Assembly (NCBI GenBank): GCA_029242295.1 | Contig: JAQWUF010000194.1 | Span: forward strand, 1 to 46,259 | DNA: 46,259 bases | Source: Crocinitomicaceae bacterium | GTDB taxonomy: Bacteria > Bacteroidota > Bacteroidia > Flavobacteriales_D > Crocinitomicaceae | Direction of reading: 5' to 3' | Shown: one piece after another, positions 38,107-46,259 of the stretch | Layout of the letters: each line of letters begins with the position of its first letter | How positions within the stretch are numbered: position 1 is the stretch's first letter | Translations under genes and position numbers: made by a program | Notes under the pieces: generated by a model | Database searches by the model: none | The model's input: the letters and a program-made list of their open reading frames with translations, nothing else | Told to the model about the DNA's origin: nothing

Positions 38107-38618
38107 CCTATTAAGTATGCTATCGTCTTACCACTTTTAATATTGTTTTCCTGTGGCGAAAATCAGGAAACGATTCAGCCTGTTGAATCGGCTATCGCAG
38201 AGTCTATTTATGCATCTGGAAGCATAGAAAGTCGGAAACAATATATTCTTTCAAAAATCGGTCGAAGAAACAGAAATTCGGGAATACTTGGTTCTAAATA
38301 TCCAATTTGTAACGAATAAGGCATTGATAATTTCGCAGTCGTATCCTTTGGTAGATCAATTGGTCGATAAAATAAAAGTAGATAAGGTTACGAGTTGAAT
38401 TGCACGGACACGTTTGTTGCGGACCCGACATGGAACTCTCGCAAAACAGAGTGTTGGCTGCGCGCAAAAAATTGGTTGACAAAGGAATTGATGCCGAAAT
38501 AATTTCGTGCTTCGGTCACAGTAATTTCGAACCGCTTTATCCTGAACATCCTGGTGCGGGAAACGATAAGAATAAAAGGGTAGAGGTGGTGTTGATTCGG
38601 GAACGGGTGGAATACTAG
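38107..38618 (+). pseudogene. composite gene remnant: lipoprotein/HlyD-adaptor-like N-terminus joined to a frameshifted OmpA-like C-terminal domain
   Basis: Frame 1 (38107..38319) reads ..AIVLPLLILFSCGENQETIQPVESAIAESIYASGSIESRKQYILSKIG.., and the nearest ATG (38117) is out of frame. Frame 2 (38228..38398) reads ..EYLVLNIQFVTNKALIISQSYPLVDQLVDKIKVDKVTS*. Frame 0 (38382..38618) reads ..VELHGHVCCGPDMELSQNRVLAARKKLVDKGIDAEII..NKRVEVVLIRE.., which is OmpA_C-like. Confidence 0.55.
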
Positions 38619-38715
38619 GATAAATTTTTACGCAAAGCACACTGAGAATTTCGCGGAGAACGTCCAGAAGAAAAAGGGTTTTGAAATTGACTTTTAAAGC
38701 ACATTGCATGGTGAA

Positions 38716-38748
38716 CTCTGCGGAACACTCTGCGTTACTCCGCGGTTA
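38716..38748 (+). repeat. three tandem CTCYGCG words (CTCTGCGGAA / CTCTGCGTTA / CTCCGCGGTTA)
   Basis: Word starts are at 38716, 38728 and 38738. The array ends 7 nt from the stop of the OstA-like gene (38755). Confidence 0.55.
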
Positions 38749-38754
38749 TTTATG

Positions 38755-40293
38755 TCACTCCAATATCTCCAACCAACTCTTGGGCCTTAGACCCTCATTC
38801 CAACGAAAACCTTGAATGAACTGCTCTTCTTTTTTAATCTTGATCATCGGATAAAAAACACCTTCTGGTCGATCAAAATACGTGATACTCACCACTTCAC
38901 CGCTGTCCAAATAAACGCGTAAATCGCCGGCATAAAGTCGATTCATACCGCTTCTTGTGATGGTGATATTTGAATCGTTTTCATCTGTTTGTTCAATGTA
39001 ATACACCGTTTGTGCATTGCCTTGAGCATCTGCTCGGGTGACTTCATTTTCCGTCATCCAAGCAATGATTTTTCGGCCTGCAATTTGATTAAAATAACCA
39101 ACCGTATCGACTAAAAAGAGTGCGCTCGCATTTTCAAAAATATCAGCTCGTTCTATAACACTGTCATTCAGAAAAACTAAAATGGTGTCGCCTTTTAATT
39201 CACCTTTGTTTGCCCATAAAATGGGACTGTTGTACATTTCAAGGACGTCTTTATTTTTATCGTAAATCAAACTATCGCATTGACCTTGTAATTTATTTTG
39301 GAAAATTTTCACCCCATTGTGAGCCATTATTCTCGATGTTTCATCTATCGAATCGCCTATTGTAAATAGGGTGTCGGCGTGCAGAAATAGACTGTCTTTT
39401 TTATCCGCTTTCACTGCCAAAGCATGTCCTGTCAGAAAAGTGCGTTTTTTCATGTCATTCTTGTACAGATAATCGCCTTGAAACTGAAATTTTTCGATGC
39501 TGTCTTCCAAATATACATTTCCTTTTCCTATGACCAATTCTTTCTGCGGTTGATAATACAATGTGTCGCTCTTAATCAACTGTGAGCCCTGGGTTACTGT
39601 TGCGTTGTTCATCAATTCGCCTTCTTCTTTGTCTGTTCTATACCAGCCTTTTGAACATGTTATGACAGTGCTGTCTTTATAAATTGTCGTCGGTCCAAAA
39701 AAGTTAACTTTCCGACGGATATAAGAATATTGCAAAGTATCGGTCGTCATTTTTATATCTGAACCTCGATAATCGACATTTCCCTTGAAGAAAAAATCTT
39801 TGGTATCTGGATAGAAGTACCCTACTCGGCTAGTAATGGTTTCGTTACCTGCAATACTTTCAATTTTTCCACCATTTCTATACGTTGCTCGACCTGCTTT
39901 CGTGTCATACTCCAAAGCTTTCGTAGTCAATTTGTATTCCTGGTCTCTTGCACGAACATTTCCAGATAAAAAAGCCGTTTCGGTATTGCCGTCGTAAGAA
40001 AGATAATCGCAAAACAGATTCAATCCACCCGGTTTGGTGATGTGTACATTTCCAAAAGCACGAACTTTATTGGTTTTGTCGTAGTACAAAGCTGAATCGC
40101 AGTACATAGTATTTCCTTGATAGGTGAAAACAACATTTCCCGCGAGACTCGTCGCATGCAGATGTGGTTGACGTGTAGCACGTTCAGAACCAGGCAGCAA
40201 CTCTAGGTAACTTTGCGTGAAACCGGTTGAGGCCACCAAAAAAAATGCGCTTACGAGAAGCGCATTTAAAATTCTATTTTTATTTGCGTTCAA
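38755..40293 (-). CDS. OstA/LptD-N-like repeat protein (putative periplasmic LPS-transport component)
   Basis: Signal peptide ..ALLVSAFFLVASTGFTQ. Repeated beta-jellyroll-like segments (..GNVVFTYQGNTMYCDSALYY.., ..GNVHITKPGG.., ..GNVRARDQEY..) as in OstA_N domains. It starts at TTG (40293), 3 nt after the purA stop, with no in-frame ATG in the signal peptide. Confidence 0.6.
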   Translation of the reverse strand: MNANKNRILNALLVSAFFLVASTGFTQSYLELLPGSERATRQPHLHATSLAGNVVFTYQGNTMYCDSALYYDKTNKVRAFGNVHITKPGGLNLFCDYLSYDGNTETAFLSGNVRARDQEYKLTTKALEYDTKAGRATYRNGGKIESIAGNETITSRVGYFYPDTKDFFFKGNVDYRGSDIKMTTDTLQYSYIRRKVNFFGPTTIYKDSTVITCSKGWYRTDKEEGELMNNATVTQGSQLIKSDTLYYQPQKELVIGKGNVYLEDSIEKFQFQGDYLYKNDMKKRTFLTGHALAVKADKKDSLFLHADTLFTIGDSIDETSRIMAHNGVKIFQNKLQGQCDSLIYDKNKDVLEMYNSPILWANKGELKGDTILVFLNDSVIERADIFENASALFLVDTVGYFNQIAGRKIIAWMTENEVTRADAQGNAQTVYYIEQTDENDSNITITRSGMNRLYAGDLRVYLDSGEVVSITYFDRPEGVFYPMIKIKKEEQFIQGFRWNEGLRPKSWLEILE

Positions 40294-40296
40294 TTC

Positions 40297-41580
40297 TTAA
40301 TTGTTCAATGTTTGCGAACGGTCTGGACCAACGGAAACAACTTTTACAGGTACTTCCAATTTTTGTTCCAAATATTCCACGTATGCTTTCAATTCAGCCG
40401 GAGCATCAGTATAACTTGTCAATTTTGTCAAATCTGTATTCCAACCTTTGATTTTTTCGTAAACAGGAATACATTCCATATTTGCGATATCGTAAGGTAA
40501 ATAATCCATTCGTTTGCCATCAACGATATAATGTGTACAAACTTCAATTTCTTCAAACTTGTCCAATACGTCACCTTTCATCATCGACAATTCAGTAACG
40601 CCATTTATCATGATTGCGTATTTCAAAGCAGGTAGATCTATCCATCCACAACGTCTAGGTCGACCAGTTGTTGCGCCAAACTCAAATCCTTCTTTTCGAA
40701 TTCTTTCACCGACTTCATCGCTTAATTCAGTAGGGAAAGGACCACTTCCAACTCTTGTACAATACGCTTTGAAAATCCCTATAACGCGTCCTATAGAATT
40801 TGGCGGTACGCCAAGACCTGTGCAGGTTCCAGCAGTTACCGTATTCGATGAAGTTACGAAAGGATAAGTTCCAAAATCAATGTCCAACATGGTTCCTTGT
40901 GCGCCTTCAGCCAAAATTTTCTTTCCTGCTTTTCGAGCTTCGTATAAATATTGTTCGCTATCTACAGCTGGCAATCCTTTCAAAATTTCAATCCCTTTCA
41001 TCCAAGGGCCTTCTAATTCCGCTAGATTGTATTCGAAATCTTCGTAATGTTTCAAGATACCTTCGTGTTTTTCTACTAAGGCCTTGTACTTTTCTTTGAA
41101 ATTGGGCAAATAAATGTCTCCAACACGAAGTCCATTTCTTCCCGTTTTGTCCATGTACGTTGGGCCAATTCCTTTCAAAGTTGAACCAATTTTATCTTTT
41201 CCTTTGGCGTGTTCTGAGGCAGCGTCTAATAAACGATGCGTAGGTAAAATCAAATGTGCTTTTTTCGAAATGACCATTCTCTTGGGTAAATCCAAGTTGA
41301 AAGGAGCCAATTTTTCCAATTCAGCTTGAAAAATAACTGGATCAATTACTACACCATTTCCAATTAGGTTCATTACTCCATCTCTGAAAATGCCAGAAGG
41401 AATGGTGTGCAAGACGTGTTTATGACCTTCAAATTCTAAGGTGTGTCCAGCATTTGGTCCTCCTTGAAAACGAGCAATAATGTCGTATTGTGGAGTTAGT
41501 ACGTCAACGATTTTTCCTTTTCCTTCGTCGCCCCATTGCAAGCCTAATAGTACATCTACTTGGGTCATATTATTTTTCAT
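40297..41580 (-). CDS. purA: adenylosuccinate synthase
   Basis: ..QWGDEGKGKIVD.. P-loop, ..GGPNAGHT.. and ..GTTGRPRRCGW.. motifs. The start is either ATG 41580 (MKNNMTQ..) or ATG 41568 (MTQVDV..). Confidence 0.95.
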   Translation of the reverse strand: MKNNMTQVDVLLGLQWGDEGKGKIVDVLTPQYDIIARFQGGPNAGHTLEFEGHKHVLHTIPSGIFRDGVMNLIGNGVVIDPVIFQAELEKLAPFNLDLPKRMVISKKAHLILPTHRLLDAASEHAKGKDKIGSTLKGIGPTYMDKTGRNGLRVGDIYLPNFKEKYKALVEKHEGILKHYEDFEYNLAELEGPWMKGIEILKGLPAVDSEQYLYEARKAGKKILAEGAQGTMLDIDFGTYPFVTSSNTVTAGTCTGLGVPPNSIGRVIGIFKAYCTRVGSGPFPTELSDEVGERIRKEGFEFGATTGRPRRCGWIDLPALKYAIMINGVTELSMMKGDVLDKFEEIEVCTHYIVDGKRMDYLPYDIANMECIPVYEKIKGWNTDLTKLTSYTDAPAELKAYVEYLEQKLEVPVKVVSVGPDRSQTLNN

Positions 41581-41920
41581 TAAAATGTTGTAACGCCTCT
41601 TTTTGATTTGAATAGAGACTAAATATTTCATTCAATTTTGTAATCGCAAATAGTTTGTCCATGTTATCATTTATGGAACAAACCACCGCATCACCATTTT
41701 TTGTTCTTGTTTTTGTCAAAGTCCGAATCAATACATTCAATCCGCTTGAATTGCAATTTTCTAGTTCGGTCAAATCGAAAACAACATTTTGAATTCCAGC
41801 CTCAAGTTCTTTTGCAATGGTGTCGTTCAAACACAGCGAATCACCTTCATTAATCAATTTTCCCTTCAAAAGAATAATTGCAGAACCATCTTGTTCACGT
41901 ATGTCAACTGAGAAATCCAT
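41570..41920 (-). CDS. STAS-domain protein (anti-sigma-factor antagonist-like)
   Basis: 116 aa. ..AIILLKGKLINEGDS..VVFDLTELENCNSSGLNVLIR.. fits the SpoIIAA/STAS fold pattern. Confidence 0.7.
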   Translation of the reverse strand: MDFSVDIREQDGSAIILLKGKLINEGDSLCLNDTIAKELEAGIQNVVFDLTELENCNSSGLNVLIRTLTKTRTKNGDAVVCSINDNMDKLFAITKLNEIFSLYSNQKEALQHFNEK

Positions 41921-41921
41921 G

Positions 41922-42380
41922 CTATTTTTTGTCGTTTTTTTTCTTTCTTACACCATAGAAATAAAGAGAATGGTGTTGGATTTCAACGCCAAGTATGTCC
42001 TCAATTGTCGCTTTTATATTCTGAATTCTTGGATCGCAAAATTCTATAACTTCTCCCGTATCGGTGCAGATAACGTGATCGTGCTGTTTACTACCATGGG
42101 CTTTTTCGAATTGTGAATTGGACGCACTGAATTGGTGTTTACGAACTAAATTACAGGCCAACAATAAATCGATTGTGTTGTACAAAGTCGCTCTTGAAAC
42201 TCGGTAATTGTGACTCTTCATTTTGAAGTAAAGCGACTCAATATCGAAATGACCTTCGTAATCGTAAATTTCTGAGAGTATTACAAATCGTTCAGGAGTT
42301 TTCCTGTGACCATTTTGTTCCAGATATGCTGAAAAAATATCTTTAACTCTAGACTGTAAATCCTGATTAGACATGGTCAA
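41922..42380 (-). CDS. fur: Fur-family transcriptional regulator
   Basis: ..[15 protein letters not shown].. winged helix, ..[18 protein letters not shown].. and ..HHSLYFYG.. metal-site motifs. The metal specificity (Fur, PerR or Zur) cannot be told from the sequence. Confidence 0.8.
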   Translation of the reverse strand: MTMSNQDLQSRVKDIFSAYLEQNGHRKTPERFVILSEIYDYEGHFDIESLYFKMKSHNYRVSRATLYNTIDLLLACNLVRKHQFSASNSQFEKAHGSKQHDHVICTDTGEVIEFCDPRIQNIKATIEDILGVEIQHHSLYFYGVRKKKNDKK

Positions 42381-42472
42381 AATACAAAGGTCAAATTTAC
42401 GTATTTAAAAGCAATCAAGGCCATTAGAATTGGCGATTGTGTATTACTTTCCGAAAGTGTTTATAATTCGAC

Positions 42473-42526
42473 GTTGACGTTGACTGTTTACCTTGACCAA
42501 TTCACGGTAAATAGTCAAAGGTCAAC
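42473..42526 (-). terminator. long imperfect hairpin built from TTGAC/GTCAA words, 3 nt after the TerB-like stop
   Basis: GTTGAC-G-TTGACTGTTTACC (42473..42492) pairs with GGTAAATAGTCAA-AG-GTCAAC (42506..42526). That is 13+6 bp with one mismatch or wobble and a 13-nt loop. There is no clear U-tract. Confidence 0.45.
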
Positions 42527-42529
42527 AGC

Positions 42530-42952
42530 CTAAAGAATAGAATCTAGAATATCGTTACGGTCCATTCCGTTTTTCACTTTTTCAAGAATAAGCGGGTATT
42601 TTTCATCCAATCTTTCTTGCGTGAATCCTAGGGCGATTCCATAACGGTGAACCAAAATATCTTCTTTTGGATCGATTTCGCCGTCTACACAGATCATTTG
42701 CACCAATTGGATTAAACGCTCGTAACGCTCTTCGCGAGATACAGGTGGAATCATAGGGTAACTATTTGAATCGTTTTTCACGTCTTTCACTTGTTCGTCC
42801 GTTAACCCTAAACGGTTTGAAATACGTTCCAAAAGAGCTTTTTCTTCTTCTGCAACCATACCATCAATGCGTGCAAGCATAATTAAATTGCGGAAATGTC
42901 CTTTTTGACTTGATTGTTCTCCTGTTTCGAATCGATGTGCGATAGTACCCAT
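42530..42952 (-). CDS. TerB-family (tellurite-resistance-like) protein
   Basis: 140 aa. ..LIMLARIDGMVAEEEKALLERISNRLGLT.. and ..ICVDGEIDPKEDILVHRYGIALGF.. form a tandem TerB-like helical pattern. Confidence 0.6.
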   Translation of the reverse strand: MGTIAHRFETGEQSSQKGHFRNLIMLARIDGMVAEEEKALLERISNRLGLTDEQVKDVKNDSNSYPMIPPVSREERYERLIQLVQMICVDGEIDPKEDILVHRYGIALGFTQERLDEKYPLILEKVKNGMDRNDILDSIL

Positions 42953-43035
42953 GTAATAAATATTTTCGGCAAAGATAAGCTTTTCTTCATTTTAAAACTT
43001 GTCTTTCCACCAGAAAACAATTCACAAAGTTCTGT

Positions 43036-43043
43036 TATCTTTG
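43036..43043 (+). promoter_or_regulatory. candidate -7 box (TATCTTTG) for the SDR gene
   Basis: TATCTTTG fits TAnnTTTG and lies 26 nt upstream of the ATG at 43069. Confidence 0.35.
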
Positions 43044-43068
43044 AGGGACTAATTTTTTAACCTTTAAT

Positions 43069-43860
43069 ATGTCTTTTAAGAACAAAACCGTTTGGGTAAT
43101 TGGAGCATCTTCTGGAATAGGTGAGGAGCTTGCTAAACAACTGGCTAATGGGGGTGCTCGAGTGATTTTGTCGGCGAGAAATTTAGTGAGCTTGAACAAA
43201 GTGAAAGCCCAATTGACGAACTCAGAAAAGCATATCGTTTTTCCTCTGGACCTTGAGAAATCAGCTGAAAATATTGGTAAAATCAGAAAAAAACTAGAAT
43301 CTTTCGGAGAAATTCATTTTTTATTCAATAACGGAGGACTAAGTCAACGATCGGATGCTTTTGATACTGAAATTGCGGTCGACAAAAAGATAATGGAGAT
43401 CGATTATTTTGGAAATATAGCATTGACTAAAGCCATTTTACCAATGTTTAGAAAGCAAGGCTATGGACATATTCTAGTCGTTTCGAGTATTGCAGGAAAA
43501 TTCGGATTTTATCTTCGCTCGGCTTATAGCGCTTCAAAACATGCCCTTCACGGGTTTTATGAGAGTTTACGGCTAGAAGAAGAGAAGAATAACATTCACG
43601 TCACTATCGTTTGCCCAGGGAAAATAAATACCCCAATTTCAACCAATGCATTGACTGGAAAAGGTGATGCCTACGGAGTAATGGACCACAATCAAGAAAC
43701 TGGTATGCCAGTTGAGGTTTGTGTGAAAAGAATACTTCGAGCAGTTGAAAAAAACAAGTTCGAAGTTCTAATTGGCGGTAAAGAAACTTTCGCGGTGAGA
43801 ATCAAACAATTGTCCTTTTCTTTATTCTATAAAATTATTAGACGTCAGAACTCAACCTAA
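43069..43860 (+). CDS. SDR-family oxidoreductase
   Basis: The cofactor motif is VIGASSGIGEELAKQLA (TGxxxGxG-type). Catalytic YSASKHAL and NNGG are present. Confidence 0.85.
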   Translation: MSFKNKTVWVIGASSGIGEELAKQLANGGARVILSARNLVSLNKVKAQLTNSEKHIVFPLDLEKSAENIGKIRKKLESFGEIHFLFNNGGLSQRSDAFDTEIAVDKKIMEIDYFGNIALTKAILPMFRKQGYGHILVVSSIAGKFGFYLRSAYSASKHALHGFYESLRLEEEKNNIHVTIVCPGKINTPISTNALTGKGDAYGVMDHNQETGMPVEVCVKRILRAVEKNKFEVLIGGKETFAVRIKQLSFSLFYKIIRRQNST

Positions 43861-44066
43861 TAAGAGTTTGCTTCGTATTATTAGATACCTATTTTAATGC
43901 GGATAGTTTTGATTCAAAGCAATGAATGAAAAGCATGCGTTTTTGTATTTTAAAAAATGACTAAACGCCTTTTTCAATACTTTTTCGCATTACGTTTTAT
44001 TTGGTTAAGAAATAAGTCTGATGTCAATTCAATTTTCGTTAAATTCACGCTAAATCATAGTTATTT

Positions 44067-46151
44067 ATGAAACTACTTTTAACCGTTGCTGGATTCATGC
44101 TCAGCACTATTGGTATATCTCAAACTTTTTCTGGAGGAACAGGTCCAATATTGGACAATCAAACGATTGATATCCCCCTTATCGTATTGGGACTTCCGAC
44201 ATCCATTAATACTACATCATTCGGATTGGAGGAAATATGCATCGATCTGAATCATACGTATTTGAATGATTTAACCGTTTCGTTATTGGCTCCTGATGGC
44301 ACACTTGTAGAATTATTCTCGTCTGTTGGTGGTGGTGATGACGATATGCAAGTGACCTGTTTAAGATCGGATGCCGCAAATCCACTATCATCGGGAAGCG
44401 CACCATACAATGGAACCTTCCAACCGATGGGTCAAATGGGACTGGCAAACAATGGTCAAAACCCCAATGGAACTTGGTACTTGCGAATTCATGATGGAGC
44501 GGGAGCTGATGAAGGCGTATTGAATACCTGGAATTTAACTTTCGGATCCAGTCCAGCGGATTACTTTCAATTTTCCGAATCTGATTTACCAATTGTTGTC
44601 ATCAATACGAATGGACAATCAATTCCCGATGAACCGAAAATCCTTGCTGATATGGGGATTATCTACAACGGCCCAGGAGTGCGGAATTACATGACTAATC
44701 CAATGAATGAATACGATGGAAGAATTGGAATTGAACGTCGTGGTAATTACTCAGCATCACTCCCGCAAAAACCCTATGCGCTTAAGCTTCAAGATAATTT
44801 AGGGAATCAAATTGATTCGTCTTTAATAGGGATGCCTGCTGAACATGATTGGTTATTGGTAGCGAATTACAATGATAAATCCTTCGCCCGAAACATTATT
44901 CCTTATCACATTTTTGATGAAATAGGTCATTACGCCCCGCGAACAAAATTGGTTGATGTCGTTTTGAATGGAGAGTACAAGGGCATTTACCTTTTGACAG
45001 AGAAGATCAAGCGTGATGCAAACCGAGTTGATGTTGACGACCTTTATCCCTTTGAAACTGCTCCACCTGATGTGACGGGAGGATACATTTTAAAAGTCGA
45101 TTATTGGGACAATCAAAACTCATGGCAACTAGCGAATAGTCCTATAGACCATCCAACGTTTGACATTCACATGGTCTATGTTTATCCAAAAGTTGTCAAT
45201 ATAGTAGGCGCTCAAACGAATTTTATCCAAAACTATGTTGATCAATTTGAAACGGCGCTTTACGGACCTAATTTCGCTGATCCAATTAATGGTTTCAGAA
45301 AATACATTAGTACTCGCTCCTGGTTGGATTACTTCATTGTAAACGAATTAGCGAGGAATGGTGATGGTTTTAAAAAGAGTCGTTACTTCAATAAAGAGAA
45401 AGATCATTCGGATGGAAGTTTGGGCAAACTAAAAGCTGGACCCGTTTGGGATTTCGATTGGGCTTGGAAAGACATGTGGGATTGCATGTATGATGCAACG
45501 GATGGTTCTGAATGGGCATATAAGGTGAATGACTGTAATCCTGATGTATCGTCACCTGGTTGGTTTGTTCGCATGTTTGAAGATCCAATTTTTCAAGATG
45601 AAATGCGATGTCGATATGAAGATTTGCGAAGAAATGTGTTGAGTGAATCGTACTTACACGGATTGGTTGATTCTGTGGCGAATGTCGTAGATGAAAGTCA
45701 GGAATGGCATTATTTAACTTGGGGGCATATGGGGGCGGCAACGGGTACGCCAGAAGTTCCAGCTCCAGCTCAAACCTACGCTGAAGAAGTTCAACGCTTG
45801 AAAGATTGGATTACTCGACGTTTGGACTGGTTGGATTTAAATATTCCTGGTACTTTGAATGGGTGTAGCATGACAGGCATTGCAGAAATCACCAATGAAC
45901 CTAAGGTGGAAAGTTATCCGAATCCATTTCGAACGGATTTATCGTTAAGTGCGGAACATCAACCGTTGGCATGCACAATTAGAATTCTAGATCAAGCTGG
46001 AAGATTAATAAAACTGATTGATGTTGAACCGTCCGACTGGGTCAATAATGCACTGAAAATTGATGATTTGAATGATCTTACAACGGGGATTTATCTTTTT
46101 GAAATCTCATTGGATGGAAAGACGACAATAAAAAAATTGACGAAATTTTAA
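44067..46151 (+). CDS. secreted CotH-family protein with N-terminal proprotein-convertase P-domain and T9SS C-terminal sorting domain
   Basis: Signal peptide. The P-domain pattern is ..HTYLNDLTVSLLAPDGTLVELFS...NGTWYLRIHDGAGADEGVLNTWNLTF. The CotH-like core is ..LPIVVINTNGQSIPDEPKI..ERRGNYS..PKPYALKL...NGDGFKKSRYF.. The C-terminus ..SYPNPFRTDLSLS...GIYLFEISLDGKTTIKKLTKF is a T9SS CTD. Confidence 0.7.
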   Translation: MKLLLTVAGFMLSTIGISQTFSGGTGPILDNQTIDIPLIVLGLPTSINTTSFGLEEICIDLNHTYLNDLTVSLLAPDGTLVELFSSVGGGDDDMQVTCLRSDAANPLSSGSAPYNGTFQPMGQMGLANNGQNPNGTWYLRIHDGAGADEGVLNTWNLTFGSSPADYFQFSESDLPIVVINTNGQSIPDEPKILADMGIIYNGPGVRNYMTNPMNEYDGRIGIERRGNYSASLPQKPYALKLQDNLGNQIDSSLIGMPAEHDWLLVANYNDKSFARNIIPYHIFDEIGHYAPRTKLVDVVLNGEYKGIYLLTEKIKRDANRVDVDDLYPFETAPPDVTGGYILKVDYWDNQNSWQLANSPIDHPTFDIHMVYVYPKVVNIVGAQTNFIQNYVDQFETALYGPNFADPINGFRKYISTRSWLDYFIVNELARNGDGFKKSRYFNKEKDHSDGSLGKLKAGPVWDFDWAWKDMWDCMYDATDGSEWAYKVNDCNPDVSSPGWFVRMFEDPIFQDEMRCRYEDLRRNVLSESYLHGLVDSVANVVDESQEWHYLTWGHMGAATGTPEVPAPAQTYAEEVQRLKDWITRRLDWLDLNIPGTLNGCSMTGIAEITNEPKVESYPNPFRTDLSLSAEHQPLACTIRILDQAGRLIKLIDVEPSDWVNNALKIDDLNDLTTGIYLFEISLDGKTTIKKLTKF

Positions 46152-46216
46152 AAAGTGTTATACAATTTCATTAAAATCCATGACTTTGCGCTCGCTCTGC
46201 CAGAGAGAACACAAAT

Positions 46217-46259
46217 GCCTTGGTGGCGGAATTGGTAGACGCGCTGGATTCAAAATCCA
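46217..46259 (+). tRNA. tRNA-Leu(CAA), 5' part only (truncated by window end)
   Basis: GCCTTGGTGGCGGAATTGGTAGACGCGCTGGATTCAAAATCCA contains an acceptor 5' arm, a D-arm with GG, and the anticodon stem CTGGA/TCCA(G) with loop TTCAAAA, giving anticodon CAA. The long-variable-arm class cannot be confirmed. Confidence 0.8.

Noticed and set aside
38294-38709. Minus-strand ORFs 38294..38482 and 38356..38709 in the recF-downstream spacer.
   Set aside because: The plus strand carries clear, though broken, OmpA-like homology, and the minus-strand translations are Cys/Arg-rich nonsense.
46152-46259. The tRNA-Leu at the window edge as a possible integration site for a genomic island.
   Set aside because: There is no integrase, direct repeat of the tRNA 3' end, or compositional break within the window, and the tRNA itself is truncated by the window boundary.

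Overview
This window is an AT-rich chromosomal segment that looks like Bacteroidota, probably a Flavobacteriia- or Cryomorphaceae-like organism. Three things support that call. Two secreted proteins carry T9SS C-terminal sorting domains, several genes have TAnnTTTG -7 promoter boxes, and the gene content fits. All family calls come from reading motifs by eye, with no searches run.

Most of the window is housekeeping: miaA, acpH, ispH, alaS, dnaK, katG, a 2-Cys peroxiredoxin, dnaX, recF plus DUF721/DciA, purA and fur. The rest is envelope, secreted and small conserved genes. I saw no transposase, integrase, CRISPR array or recognisable defence system. A tRNA-Leu(CAA) starts at the 3' edge.

The notable signals concern how genes are interrupted and how the intergenic DNA is built:
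1. dnaX is split exactly at an A10 run. The frame as written gives a gamma-like product of about 370 aa. The tau C-terminal half is open in the -1 frame, so tau would need ribosomal or transcriptional slippage, unless the tract is miscalled.
2. The peroxiredoxin next to katG is frameshifted at an A7 run.
3. A DUF1761 gene carries one in-frame TAA.
4. There are three decayed gene remnants: a DUF1801-like gene after alaS, a truncated YdeI-like gene before recF, and a HlyD-N/OmpA-C remnant.
5. Intergenic regions hold families of short phased word repeats. One is a 29-nt ATT(C/A)GTG triple repeat present three times, two copies forming a MITE-like inverted pair. Others are TTGRC/GYCAA heptad arrays, a CCAATCC octamer array and CTCYGCG words.
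6. Candidate functional novelties are an outer-membrane pair (a PorV/PorQ-like barrel plus a 691-aa HhH/ComEA-like putative barrel), a YdeI-CDGSH fusion, and a methyltransferase-ClbS/DfsB-LysE cluster.
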